Assembly (NCBI RefSeq): GCF_006345805.1 | Contig: NW_021834579.1 | Location: 1-47,054, forward strand | DNA from: Octopus sinensis | Lineage: Eukaryota | Direction of reading: 5' to 3' | Length of the DNA stretch: 47,054 nt | Part shown: in pieces, positions 1 through 11,732 of the stretch | Position numbering within the stretch: position 1 is the first letter of the stretch | How the letters are laid out: each line of letters opens with the position of its first letter | Program-made: the position numbers and the translations under genes | Notes under the pieces: generated by a model | Seen by the model: only the letters and a program-made list of their open reading frames with translations | Told to the model about the DNA's origin: nothing | The model's database searches: none

Positions 1-414
1 TACAGATATATGAACAGCAATCACACAGCTGGCGAGCAACTCCTTACCGACTTAGCCATCCCCTTCTTAGTATTCATATAGTCACAAGACACAAATACTC
101 AAGCCACTTCTAAGTTTTTGATATTTTTCGATATTTTCAGCTTTCATTCATTTCCTTCTCAACTCTCAGAATTATTCTAAGGTTCTTCCAGAATATATTT
201 ACGGCATCAAAGCATTTTGAGTGAGAAAAAAAAAACATTTAATATTTAATGTAATATAATTAATCAATTCTACCTAAAATGCAGGCTGCCTTTATTTCTT
301 CTGCTGTTCAATGTTCTCTCTACACGCAATGACGTACTTAAACGTCTCCAACTTTACTTCCACGATCTGTCTTTGTCCCTCCCACCTCCACCATCACTTG
401 AGTGGTTTCTTTTC

Positions 415-649
415 TGCAACTCTCTCTCTCTCACTCTCTCACTCTCTCTCACTCTCTCTCTCTCTCTTCCACTCTATCTTTCTTGTCTTGTCTTTCAATA
501 TGTGTGTGTGCATGCGTCTGTGTATGTGTATATACATATATATATACATACATATATACATATATACATATATATATACATACATACATACATATATATA
601 CATACATACATACATATACATATATAGTGTGTGCATATGTATATATATT

Positions 650-716
<67 letters not shown>

Positions 717-837
717 TGTATGTTTTATATCTCATACGCACTCACTGGCACATGCATACTCGTCTCTACATATATATAATATATATATATATACCACCAC
801 ACACATACGCACTCACAGGCACATGCATACTCGTCTC

Positions 838-875
<38 letters not shown>

Positions 876-895
876 TATACACACACATACGCACG
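415..895. repeat. Compound (CT)n/(TA)n/(CATA)n microsatellite block with a short 71-bp-period duplication
   Basis: Directly visible. catacgcactcac(t/a)ggcacatgcatactcgtctc occurs at 733 and 804. Confidence 0.95.
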
Positions 896-1139
896 CACAC
901 ATCCTCATTCGTTCTCTCTCTCTCCTATCATCTTTGCTTCCCACCTCTCCTTTCTCCCCCTCTCTTTCTCTCTGTGATTTTGTAATAATTCATAAAGGAA
1001 AAGAAACGCAACGTAATGTGCCAAATGTATATTCCAATGTGCAACAAGGACAGTGAAGTTGATATGCATTTAAATTGCACCATAATACCTTCGGGCTATC
1101 AACAATGCGGATATGAACGTATTTATGACAGTCCTTTCG

Positions 1140-1442
1140 ATATATATAATATGTATGTATGTATGTATATGTTATGTTATATATATATATATATAATATA
1201 TATAATATATATATAATATTTAGATATATATATATATATAATATATATATATGTATATGTATATGTATGTATGTATATTATAATATATATATATATATAT
1301 ATATATGGATATATATATATATATATATGTGTGTGTGGTATGTGTGTGTGTACATGCATACATACATATATATCATATTATGTACACATGTATGCGTATA
1401 CATGTATGTGTGTATATATATATATATGTATGTATGTAGGTA

Positions 1443-1477
<35 letters not shown>

Positions 1478-1708
1478 ATTTGTAAAAATATATACCACAT
1501 ATATATATATTGTACAATATCTAGTATGTATATGTATGCAAGACTACTGAATACGGAAAGAGATATTGAACAGAGAAAGAAATGATTTAAATAATCTAGT
1601 TTGCATTCTCTTTCTCTCTCCTCTCTCTTTCTCTTTCCACACACCATACAAACACACCACACACACACACACACACACACACACATAACACACACATATA
1701 TATATATA

Positions 1709-1765
<57 letters not shown>
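1140..1765. repeat. Compound (TA)n/(TATG)n/(CT)n/(CA)n microsatellites
   Basis: Directly visible. Confidence 0.95.
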
Positions 1766-1768
<3 letters not shown>

Positions 1769-2107
1769 CAGATATTGAAGAATTGTTATTCTGAATGTAA
1801 TGCCATTGCGTTTAACCAATGCTTAGAACTCCATGTAAATCTATGTATATCTAGATTCAAATCAACATAATTTGTGCTCCGATTTTCTTTAGGTAATATA
1901 TACATGTGAATAAGTTACAGACCAGAATAGCGCAACGGAGTTAGTTTATCTTTTTATTATACCCTGATAAATTAGGCAATCTCTACACGTGTTTCACTAG
2001 AAAATACTCGTATATTGTGCAGTAATCATTACGTTGACTATTGCATAACCAAATTGAAATGCCAGATCTTCAAAGGAAAATACTAATTAAATCCTTTAAT
2101 ATATATA

Positions 2108-2332
2108 TTTCTTTACTACCCACAAGGGGCTAAACACAGAGGGAACAAACAAGGACAGACAAAGGGATTAAGTCGATTATATCGACCCCAGTGCGTAACT
2201 GGTACTTAATTTATCGACCCCGAAAGGATGAAAGCAAAGTCGACCTCGACGGAATTTGAACTCGGAACGTATCGACAGACGAAATACGGCTACGCATTTC
2301 GCCCGGCGTGCTAACGTTTCTGCCAGCTCGCC
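2108..2332 (-). mobile_element. tRNA-derived SINE, family A, near full length
   Basis: Reverse complement reads ggcgagctggcagaaacgttagcacgccgggcgaaatgcgtagccgtatttcgtc...gagttcaaattcc (B-box-like)...ggtcgactttgctttcatcctttcggggtcgataaattaagtaccag...ccccttgtgggtagtaaagaaa. More than 10 related copies occur in the window. Confidence 0.9.
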
Positions 2333-2595
2333 ATACCGGCGTCAACTGGTTGACGGTGCTAATTTAGAACTATCATAGTTAATGCCAAAGAGGAACATGA
2401 CATGCTATAAATGCCAATTAAAAGTCTCTTTCTCTTTCTGTCTCTCCCCCTCATTCTGTCTTTCTCTCTCACCCTCTCTCCCAAACCACTCTATACGGTT
2501 TTAAAAAAGACAATGAAATGAAACATTCACTGATATTAACCTAGATGTATTACCTCCGAGTGAGAGACGAAAATGAAATCAGTCTAGGAATACCT

Positions 2596-2819
2596 ATTTC
2601 TTTATTACCCACAAGGGGCTAAACACAGAGGGGACAAACAATGACAGACATAGGTATTAAGTCAATTACATCGACCCCAGTGCATAACTGGTACTTATTT
2701 AATCGACCCCGAAAGGATGAAAGGCAAAGTCGACCTCGGCGGAATTTGAACTCAGAACGTAGCGGCAGACGAAATACTGCTAAGCATTTCGCCCAGCGTG
2801 CTAACGTTTCTGCCAGCTC
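2596..2819 (-). mobile_element. SINE family A with 10-bp flanking direct repeat
   Basis: Matches the 2108-2332 copy. aggaatacct at 2586-2595 and 2820-2829 is a putative TSD. Confidence 0.88.
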
Positions 2820-3772
2820 AGGAATACCTTTGAGCATTGCTCTGCTGGATCACGGATGAACGGGGATTGTTAAACAACTGCGACGAGTAGCCTTAATCCA
2901 GAAGACGTGGGTTGACAGCACTTGGTCTTTTTCCGATCAGTTCACTACCCATCAATCTCAACTGCAAATAGAAGTGTAACACTGTTTTCTGGTGAAGAGA
3001 CTGGATTTCAATGCAGACTGCACAGAGCCGAAACAGATACCGCAAAATAATCCTGCACATGGATTAGTGCTTTTACCCTCCTTTCCTTGCTCTCTCTTTC
3101 TCTCTCTCTCTCCCTCTATCTATCTCTATTTCCATCCCTCTTTCTCTCTCCCTCTCTCTTCTCCTTTTTTTTTGTCGCTTTTGTCATCGAACCTAAATGG
3201 TTCAACGGTAATATTGACCTCGAATGTATTTGAATTCAGAGCGAAGAATGTCGGAACAAATATCGCGAGTTATTATACACAACATTCTAACGACTCTTCT
3301 AAACAGATGCTTTTAAAAGCGCCAAATTTGACAGAATTCAGAAAGTCAACAGTCGAAAACTCACACCATGTCGCTGTTCACTTTTGTTTCGGCTTCGGTT
3401 CGTTACCGTTTCTACCACTTTATCACTGCATCCCGCCTACATGAAATCAATAATGTTTACTTTACTATGTCTCACAAAATCGAGAAAGACATGTAAAAAT
3501 TCAAGTACACCAAATGTACCAAGCACAAATCATGTTTGCATCGTTGTCCACTGGGAGACACGGAAATCTACACAATGTTAATTAAAGCAAATAATAGCTT
3601 CCTTAACGAGATAGTTTTAATCGAAAATATTCTGCCGCAGAATCTAGACTGCCTCGTCAATAACTGGTGCCAAATGTACGCAGGCATCGTTTAAATATAA
3701 ACTGACTTCCTACACATGTGAGCCGCAATCTATTCCGACTAGAATAGATTACACAGAAAAAAATCAGACAGA

Positions 3773-3776
<4 letters not shown>

Positions 3777-3805
<29 letters not shown>

Positions 3806-3881
3806 TGTATGTATGTATGTATGTATGTATGTATGTATGTATGTATGTCATGCATGTATGTATGCATGTATGTATATATAC

Positions 3882-3944
<63 letters not shown>

Positions 3945-4112
3945 ATATATATAATATATACAGAGAGAGAGAGAGAGAGATGTGTGCATGTATATTATAT
4001 ACATATATAGTTATACATAATGTTATATATATATTAATATATATATATATGTGTGTATATACATGTTGGTATGTGTGTGTATATGTGTATGTAAGTGTGT
4101 GTGCGTGCGAGC

Positions 4113-4160
<48 letters not shown>
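3777..4160. repeat. (TATG)n/(TA)n/(GA)n/(GT)n compound microsatellite
   Basis: Directly visible. Confidence 0.95.
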
Positions 4161-4162
<2 letters not shown>

Positions 4163-4199
4163 AGGTGCGTTGTTCAGTGTTTCCAGTCAGTCATGATGG

Positions 4200-4298
4200 T
4201 AATATTATGATTTCGATTCCTCGAACCAGGCGATGCGTTGTGTTCTTCAGCTAAACATTTCATTTCACGTTGTTTTAGTCTACTCAGCTGGCAAAGAT
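4200..4298 (+). mobile_element. Degenerate SINE family C fragment
   Basis: ttcgattcctcg...gcgttgtgttcttcagc...catttcacgttg...tactcagctggcaaa matches 44586-44680. Confidence 0.6.
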
Positions 4299-4333
4299 AA
4301 GTAATCGTTCGACAGATCAGCATTCTGTCCAGA

Positions 4334-5292
4334 TTAGAAAGTTTCGAGGTTATGTACAGGTATTATATATTTGAAGAGTTTTTCAATATGTCTAATAATT
4401 AATTCAAATGTCATTTCAGTTTGTTTTGAGCGATTTCTGAAAAGCTGAATTGTACGTCTGGCTATTAGGTTGCGGCATCAGGGCGGCGAACTGGCAGAAA
4501 CGTGAGCACGCCGGGCGAAATGCGTAGCCGTATTTCGTCTGCCGTTAAGATCTGAGTTCAAATTCCGCCAAGGTCGACTTGCCTTTCATCCTTTCATGGT
4601 CGTTTAAATAAGTACCAGTTACACACTGGGGTCGATGTAATCGACTCAATCCGCTTGTCTATCCTTGTTTGTCCTCTCTGTGTTTAGCCCCTTGTGGGTA
4701 GTAAAGAAATAGGTATTTCATCTGCTTTACGTTCTGAGCTCAAATTCCACCGAGGTCGACTTTGCCTTTCATCTTTTCGGGGTCAATAAATTAAGTACCA
4801 GTTGATCTAATCGACTGGCCCCCAACGCCTCCAAAATTTCGGGCCTTGTGCCAAGACTAGAGAAGAATATGAGAGTTCGAATTCCGCCAAGGTTGACTTT
4901 GCCTTTCATCCTTTCAGGGTCGATAAATTAAGTATCAGTTGCGTACTTGAGTCGATTTAATTGACTGGTTGACTGGCCCCCTTCTCAAAAATTTCGGGCC
5001 CTGTGCCTAGAGCAGAAAAGATTATTGGATACAGATAAGTTAGTGTGCTGAGGGAGGGAGAGAGAAATTGAGAGGTTTGTCTACGTGGAGGAAGAAGCGT
5101 TTAATAAGACACAAAGCTGTGAAATTCACGATAAATTTTTTTACTACCCTTGTGGGTAGTAAAGAAATATATTAGGTTGTGGCATGATGTGTCTATGTTT
5201 TCTATTTGGGCAATATAGTACCATGAATTTATCAGAAGGTCTATTTCATTCTCAGACCAATTTTGATTAGATTTTTGTGGTTGAGTAGTCAT
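4334..5292 (-). pseudogene. Interrupted Myb/SANT-like DNA-binding ORF (83 aa when the insertion is removed)
   Basis: 5292-5170 gives MTTQPQKSNQNWSENEIDLLINSWYYIAQIENIDTSCHNLI. After removing the insertion and one TSD copy, 4462-4334 continues in frame as ARRTIQLFRNRSKQTEMTFELIIRHIEKLFKYIIPVHNLETF*. W-x-x-x-E-x-x-L-L-I-x-x-W fits SANT/Myb helix 1 (judged by eye). tttaag, a possible splice acceptor, directly precedes the ATG. Confidence 0.5.
4482..5169 (+). mobile_element. SINE family A composite insertion: one full copy, two partial copies, captured unique sequence and a SINE tail, bounded by an 18-bp TSD
   Basis: TSD tattaggttgcggcatca (4463-4480) and tattaggttgtggcatga (5170-5187), 16/18 identical. 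The SINE tail ccttgtgggtagtaaagaaata occurs both near 4690-4712 and at 5148-5169. Confidence 0.85.
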
Positions 5293-5904
5293 CTTAAAGT
5301 TAAATATCTATTTGTTAATTATAGATTTACTCCTTCCGTTAGTGTTTAGTTGTGTAGAAACGTATGTTACAGTAGTGAAGAATTAGTGTAGATTGTATTT
5401 GTATTTGAGATAAATATTACAGATGCTTGTTGATAAAATATGTATATGTTATGTGTATGATGGTACAAAACCTTTTGCCTTGATGACGAAATTTGTAGTT
5501 CGAAAGTGAAAGGTGTTTGAATTTAGCGAAATTCTGTGATATTTTGATACGTATAGTCTGGTATATGCGGCCGTTAGTTTTAAAAGGGGAGCTTTGAACA
5601 CAGATATATGAGTATGAAGTCAAAAGTATGTGCGTAAATTCTGGGTGCTCTATGAACTTAATAAAATCGGACGGTGCATGTGTACATGCGTATATATTCA
5701 ATAGAATCATAGGAGAAATTTGTGTATTTATATATATTTATTTTCTCTCCTTGTTTCTTTCTGTGTTCCTTTCTGTGGAAGAGCGTAGGCTCGAAACGTT
5801 AAAAACTTTTTCACTTCCCGAGCGTTATACTAATACATCTGTTTGTTGTCTACACCACCTGTCTTCGTATATTGTTGTTTTTTTGTTTTTTGTGAATTCT
5901 CCGT

Positions 5905-5973
5905 ATATATATATATATATATATAACATAAATGTAAACACATACATTATATATGTGTGTGTGTTTGTACATG

Positions 5974-6019
<46 letters not shown>

Positions 6020-6190
6020 ATACATATACATATTTAATATTTTATGTATGTTTATACATATACATGATATATCCTTCATGTATATATATATATTTATATT
6101 GTATTATATCATATATGTATATATATATACATACACGTACATATATTCAGTGATAGAGAGAGACAAGCAAACAGACAAACAGACAGACAA
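5905..6190. repeat. (TA)n/(CATA)n/(GACA)n microsatellites
   Basis: Directly visible. Confidence 0.9.
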
Positions 6191-6822
6191 ACACACATAC
6201 AGATCCTTGACTCACTTAAACTGTAAAGCCGAAGTTGAATCTTTTGCATCTTCTCTCGCAGTTGACAGAAGCCCCCATCGCTTTCTAGAGCGAGATTCGG
6301 AATTTGAGACATTCATACATTTCTCCATAGATATTTAAGTGCAAAATTCATGTTAACATTTCTTAAACTAGGAAATACATAGGTTTGCTATAGCTTTTAT
6401 ATCTAGCGATGCAGAGCAAGCCTGTGATAGGTAGTTATTTTAAAACCGTGAAACCATCAAACCTTTTTAATTATAGTTCTCACTTGAACATGTTTGATAC
6501 GGCTTCCACCTTAAAGCAAATAATATCTTTGTTTACGATAGCAACAACTAGTACAATGAGCTGGTTATAGTGTCTTACAGCTATATCCGCTGAGAATATG
6601 GAATCGGAATATTTTTAACAAAGAAGATCGATTGTTAAGGGAATATGGTTGTCGGCTATTTCCAGAAAAAAAAAACGAAGAAAATTACCATAAGTTGGAA
6701 TATGTAAAACAAACGAAAAATGAAGAATAATATAATAAAAAAAAAGATACGATCGAGGTTTAATACGAGAAGCTACAAAGCAGGATTATAAAGTGACTTC
6801 TGATGCCAAAATTAATAATAAT

Positions 6823-6823
6823 G

Positions 6824-6880
<57 letters not shown>

Positions 6881-6944
6881 TAATAATAATAATGACGAGG
6901 GTGATGATGATGATGATGATGATGATGACGACGACGACGACGAC

Positions 6945-6980
<36 letters not shown>

Positions 6981-7213
6981 ATTGAGGATGATGACGATGA
7001 TGATGATGATGATAATGATGATGATGATGATGATGACGATGGTGGTGGTGGTGGTGATGATGATTACGACGACGACGACGACGACGACGATGATGATGAT
7101 GATGGTGGTGGTGATGATGATGGTGGTGGTGATGATGATGATGATGACGACGACGACGACGACGATGATGATGATGATAATGATGGTGGTGGTGGTGGTG
7201 GTGGTGATGATGG
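6823..7213. repeat. Compound trinucleotide array (AAT)n then (GAT/GAC/GGT)n
   Basis: Directly visible. Source of the poly-N/poly-M ORF. Confidence 0.97.
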
Positions 7214-7418
7214 TGTTTGTATGCGTGTGTATGGACTCTCGCAGATGTTTGTAAGTGTGCGTGAAGTAAAGTTAGTGAGGGAAAAGATGAAGTCGAAAAT
7301 GAAGCGAGGGACGAGTGAGAAATGAGAAGGAAAGCTAAATTATTATCGGATTTGCAACAATGGCGTGTGATGTTTTAAGTTATTATGATATTCTGTCTTG
7401 GAGCTCATGATTTCTTAT

Positions 7419-7429
7419 GCACACACACA

Positions 7430-7470
<41 letters not shown>

Positions 7471-7502
7471 CACACACAGCACACGCACACACACACACAC
7501 AC

Positions 7503-7549
<47 letters not shown>

Positions 7550-7552
7550 ACC
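7419..7552. repeat. (CA)n microsatellite
   Basis: Directly visible. Confidence 0.97.
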
Positions 7553-7779
7553 ACACGTTCGTGAGAATGTATGTTTGTGTGTGTGTTTTCATTGTTTCCA
7601 GTGTGCTTGTGTATACACATATACACATATATAAGCTTGTATGTATGTACATGTATGTTTGTATGTTTGTGTATTTGTATGTATGTGTGCATGTGTGCGT
7701 GTGCACGCGGGTGCGTGTCTATATACACATATGTATATATATATATATATATTCATATATATATATATATATATATGTA

Positions 7780-8730
7780 TGTATATGTGCGTGAGTGTAT
7801 ATATGTGTATATGTGAGTGTAGATATGTGTATATATATACATACACACACATATATATGTATATACGCAGGTATGTATGTGTGTGAATGTATATATGTGT
7901 ATATGTGAGTGTATATACATACACACACACATATATATGTATATACGCATGTATGTATGTGTGTGAGTGTATATATGTGTATATGTGAGTGTAGATATGT
8001 GTTTATATACATACACACACACATATATATGTATATACGCATGTATGTATGTGTGTGAGTGTATATATGTGTATATGTGAGTGTAGATATGTGTATATAT
8101 ATACATACACACACATATATATGTATATACGCAGGTATGTATGTGTGTGAATGTATATATGTGTATATGTGAGTGTATATACATACACACACACATATAT
8201 ATGTATATACGCATGTATGTATGTGTGTGAGTGTATATATGTGTATATGTGAGTGTAGATATGTGTTATATACATACACACACACATATATATGTATATA
8301 CGCATGTATGTATGTGTGTGAGTGTATATATGTGTATATGTGAGTGTAGATATGTGTATATATATACATACACACACATATATATGTATATACGCATGTA
8401 TGTATGTGTGTGAGTGTATATATGTGTATATGTGAGTGTAGATACGTGTATATATATACATACACACACATATATATGTATATACGCATGTATGTATGTG
8501 TGTGAGTGTATATATGTGTATATGTGAGTGTAGATACGTGTATATATATACATACGCACGCACATATATATGTATATACGCATGTATGTATGTGTGTGAG
8601 TGTAGATTTGTGTGTATATACATACACACGCACACATATATATGTATATATACATACACACGCACACATATATATGTATATATACATACACACGCACACA
8701 TATATATGTATATACGCATGTGTGTATGTG
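7780..8730. repeat. Minisatellite of ~78-94-bp units built from microsatellite motifs, with a 264-bp higher-order period
   Basis: Unit of type gtgagtgtatatatgtgtatatgtgagtgtagatatgtg...atatacgca(t/g)gtatgtatgtgt occurs about 10 times. The variant gcaggtatg...gtgaatg recurs at 7867 and 8131. Confidence 0.92.
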
Positions 8731-9191
8731 TGTATGTATGCTTCTGTGTGTGTGTGCATGGTGTGTGCATTCTCATATCTATGTGTCTATATGTGTGTGT
8801 GTGTGTGTTTGTGTATGAACGTTTGTTCTGCGACTGATGGTATTTCATGGGAGTAATACAAACCGCCATAACGCTAGTTTGTTACAAATATGAACCAACA
8901 TTATCGGCCTAAGATGAAATAAATATGATAAATTGCAGTAAATAACATTGTGACATTCTGAGTAGTGGATAAACTCGTAGACAGTAATCTTCTTACTGAG
9001 TGCAAAAAGAACCGGCGAAAAATAAACGAAAAACAGTAAAATGATGCATAATACGAAAAAGCGATTATTTTTGTTATGAAGCATTATTAAGTGCTGTTAA
9101 GTTCTTAGTTATTTCAAACTCATTGTTGATATTGGTGATGTTTTTTTTTTGTTTCTATTTTCCTTTTTACATTACAGGGCTTTTCAGGAAA

Positions 9192-9427
9192 GTTACTCTT
9201 TTACTCTTTTACTCTTTTTACTTGTTTCAGTCATCTGACTGCGGCCATGCTGGAGCACCGCCTTTAATCGAGCAACTCGACCCACCCCGGGACTTATTCT
9301 TGTGTAAGCCCAGTACATATTCTATCGGTCTCTTTTGCCGAACCGCTAAGTGACGGGGACATAAACACACCAGCATCGGTTGTCAAGCAATGCTAGGGGG
9401 ACAAATACAGACACACAAACATACACG

Positions 9428-9469
<42 letters not shown>

Positions 9470-9635
9470 TACGACGGGCTTCTTTCAGTTTCCGTCTACC
9501 AAATCCACTCATAAGGCTTTGGTCGTCCCGAGGCTATAGTAGAAGACACTTGCACAAGGTGCCACGCAGTGGGACTGAACCCTGAACCATGTGGTTGGTA
9601 AGCAAGCTACTGACCACACAGCCACTCCTGCGCCT
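9192..9635 (-). mobile_element. SINE family B, full length, with internal microsatellite and (AAGAGTAA)-type tail
   Basis: Reverse complement head aggcgcaggagtggctgtgtggtcagtagcttgc...cagggttcagtccc (A/B-box-like). Collinear with 25468-25948. Confidence 0.92.
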
Positions 9636-9861
9636 ATGAATTTCAGTTATGAATTTCGCATTTCAGAGTTGTATTTGTCTTGTAAGTGACTGTGTGAGAA
9701 AACTGAAGCAACTACGTCGTGGAAAAGCCATTTGGTAACACACAAACCTATGAAATTTATCGTGAATTTCACAGCTTTGTGTCTTATTAAACGCTTCTTC
9801 CTCCACATAGACAAATCTCTCAATTTCTCTCCCCCTCCCTCAGCACAATAATTTATCTGTA

Positions 9862-10409
9862 TCCAATAATCTTTTCTGCTCTAGGCACAGGGCCCGAAAT
9901 TTTTGAGAAGGGGGCCAGTCAACCAGTCAATTAAATCGACTCAAGTACGCAACTGATACTTAATTTATCGACCCTGAAAGGATGAAAGGCAAAGTCAACC
10001 TTGGCGGAATTCGAACTCTCATATTCTTCTCTACTCTTGGCACAAGGCCCGAAATTTTGGAGGCGTTGGGGCCAGTCGATTAAATCAACTGGTACTTAAT
10101 TTATTGACCCCGAAAATATGAAAGGCAAAGTCGACCTCGGTGGAATTTGAGCTCAGAACGTAAAGCAGATGAAATACCTATTTCTTTACTACCCACAAGG
10201 GGCTAAACACAGAGAGGACAAACAAGGACAGAAAAACGGATTAAGTCGATTATAACGATCCCAGTGCGTAACTGGTACTTATTTAATCGACCCTGAAAGG
10301 ATAAAAGGCAAAGTCGACCTCGGCGGAATTTGAACTCAGAACGTAACGGCAGACGAAATACGGCTACGTATTTCGCCAGGCGTGTTAGCGTTTCTGCCAG
10401 CTCGCCGCC
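9862..10409 (-). mobile_element. SINE family A cluster: one full copy (10180-10409) plus two partial copies
   Basis: Family A motifs repeated three times. Confidence 0.9.
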
Positions 10410-10687
10410 ATATCTATCAAATGACGATTTTTGAAATAGTGTAGTTTACTTATTTTTTATTAGCACCAAGTTTAGCTGTAAACTTTCTTGGTTATCAGCC
10501 TTTTTTATAGTATTATTTTCTCACAATAGCAGATAACCTAGTGTAACAAAGCTTCTGTGGAACTAGTACATAATTTATAGTTCTTTATAGTAAGTAACGT
10601 AATCCAAATTCAAGCTAAACCTTTGCTAGTCTGATAAGGTTAGCGCCTACAGAACATTCATCTCTATATAGTTACTATTCCCCACTA

Positions 10688-10691
<4 letters not shown>

Positions 10692-10738
<47 letters not shown>

Positions 10739-10885
10739 TCTCTGCCTCTCTTTCATTCTCTCAATCTCTCTCACTCTTTCTCTCTTACACTTTCTCTCAT
10801 TCTATCTTTCTCTCTTTCTCTCTCTCTCGTTCTCTCTTTTTCTATCTCTCTCACACACCTTCTCTCTCTCACTCTCTCTCTCTCG

Positions 10886-10951
<66 letters not shown>

Positions 10952-10962
10952 GTCTATCTATT
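10692..10962. repeat. (CT)n and (CTAT)n microsatellites
   Basis: Directly visible. Confidence 0.95.
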
Positions 10963-11469
10963 TCTAGTGTTGACACTGGAATCTAATGCAGTGTATTCCA
11001 CCGGTGACTCACTTGATCAAAAGTGTTGTATCTCTACGACGCCCTAAGATAATGGCAAAAACTCCAAACCCAAACTTCGTCATCCAATGAAATACACAAA
11101 GTAAGCCCCTACGTGGTCAACCAATCTGGTAGAAATAGCAGCTAATTCTTTTTTTCCAAATCATATACAAGAGGTTTCAAAGGAGAAGACATTGGACAAT
11201 GTAATCCCAGACGTATAAACATCTTTAATCATATGTCTGTTTAATCAGGACTACTCTGGACTAAACAACTAGATCATAGTAATTCTTGTTACATCCTGTA
11301 TTGAGAAGTAAATACAGTGTGTAAACATACAGTGGAGTAAAATTGTGTGCTATTAGCCGACAACCTTTGTTAATATGAGTTGTGTTAGACAGCACTTATC
11401 TGTAATCAAAACACCGATTAACAAGGAACGAAATTACCGGTATGACCAAGTATAGTGAATCTCTATCGC

Positions 11470-11732
11470 TCGACGATAAGGATTCAGCTGTTTGATCAAG
11501 TGGATTACCTACTCACTGAATTGATAGGTTAGTGGTTGAGTATTCTAAGAACATTTGTACCCTTAATGTAATTCTCAAGCAGAACCAGCGTGACACTGAG
11601 TGTGATAAGGCTCTATCTACTTGATGTGAAACTGAAGAAAATGGCATTGCTCTACAGACACCACATTGTGAGATCGAACTCGAAACTTTGTGGTTACAAA
11701 TCCGAGCTTTTTAAACATCAGCCATGCTCTGC
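11470..11732 (-). mobile_element. Degenerate SINE family C
   Basis: tgtacccttaatgtaattctc...cagcgtgacactgagtgtgataaggct matches 22366-22422. A tRNA-like head (gagatcgaactcgaaac) lies on the minus strand near 11670-11730. Confidence 0.65.

Larger units (their letters stand above)
4482..10409. repeat. 657-bp inverted repeat pair: 4482-5138 and 9753-10409
   Basis: Manual alignment: about 21 differences in the first ~185 bp, about 9 in the remaining ~430 bp. The latter includes ~110 bp of non-SINE sequence (5030-5138 vs 9753-9862). Confidence 0.93.

Noticed and set aside
2619-2859. 72-aa ORFs on both strands, and the similar end of ORF 39697-40044
   Set aside because: They derive from SINE A sequence; the same peptide (RKDERQSRPRRNLN) recurs.
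2830-2966. Minus-strand segment with plausible acceptor and donor
   Set aside because: Stops in all three frames; at most a non-coding exon.
6793-7254. 153-aa poly-N/M/T/V ORF
   Set aside because: Pure trinucleotide repeat.
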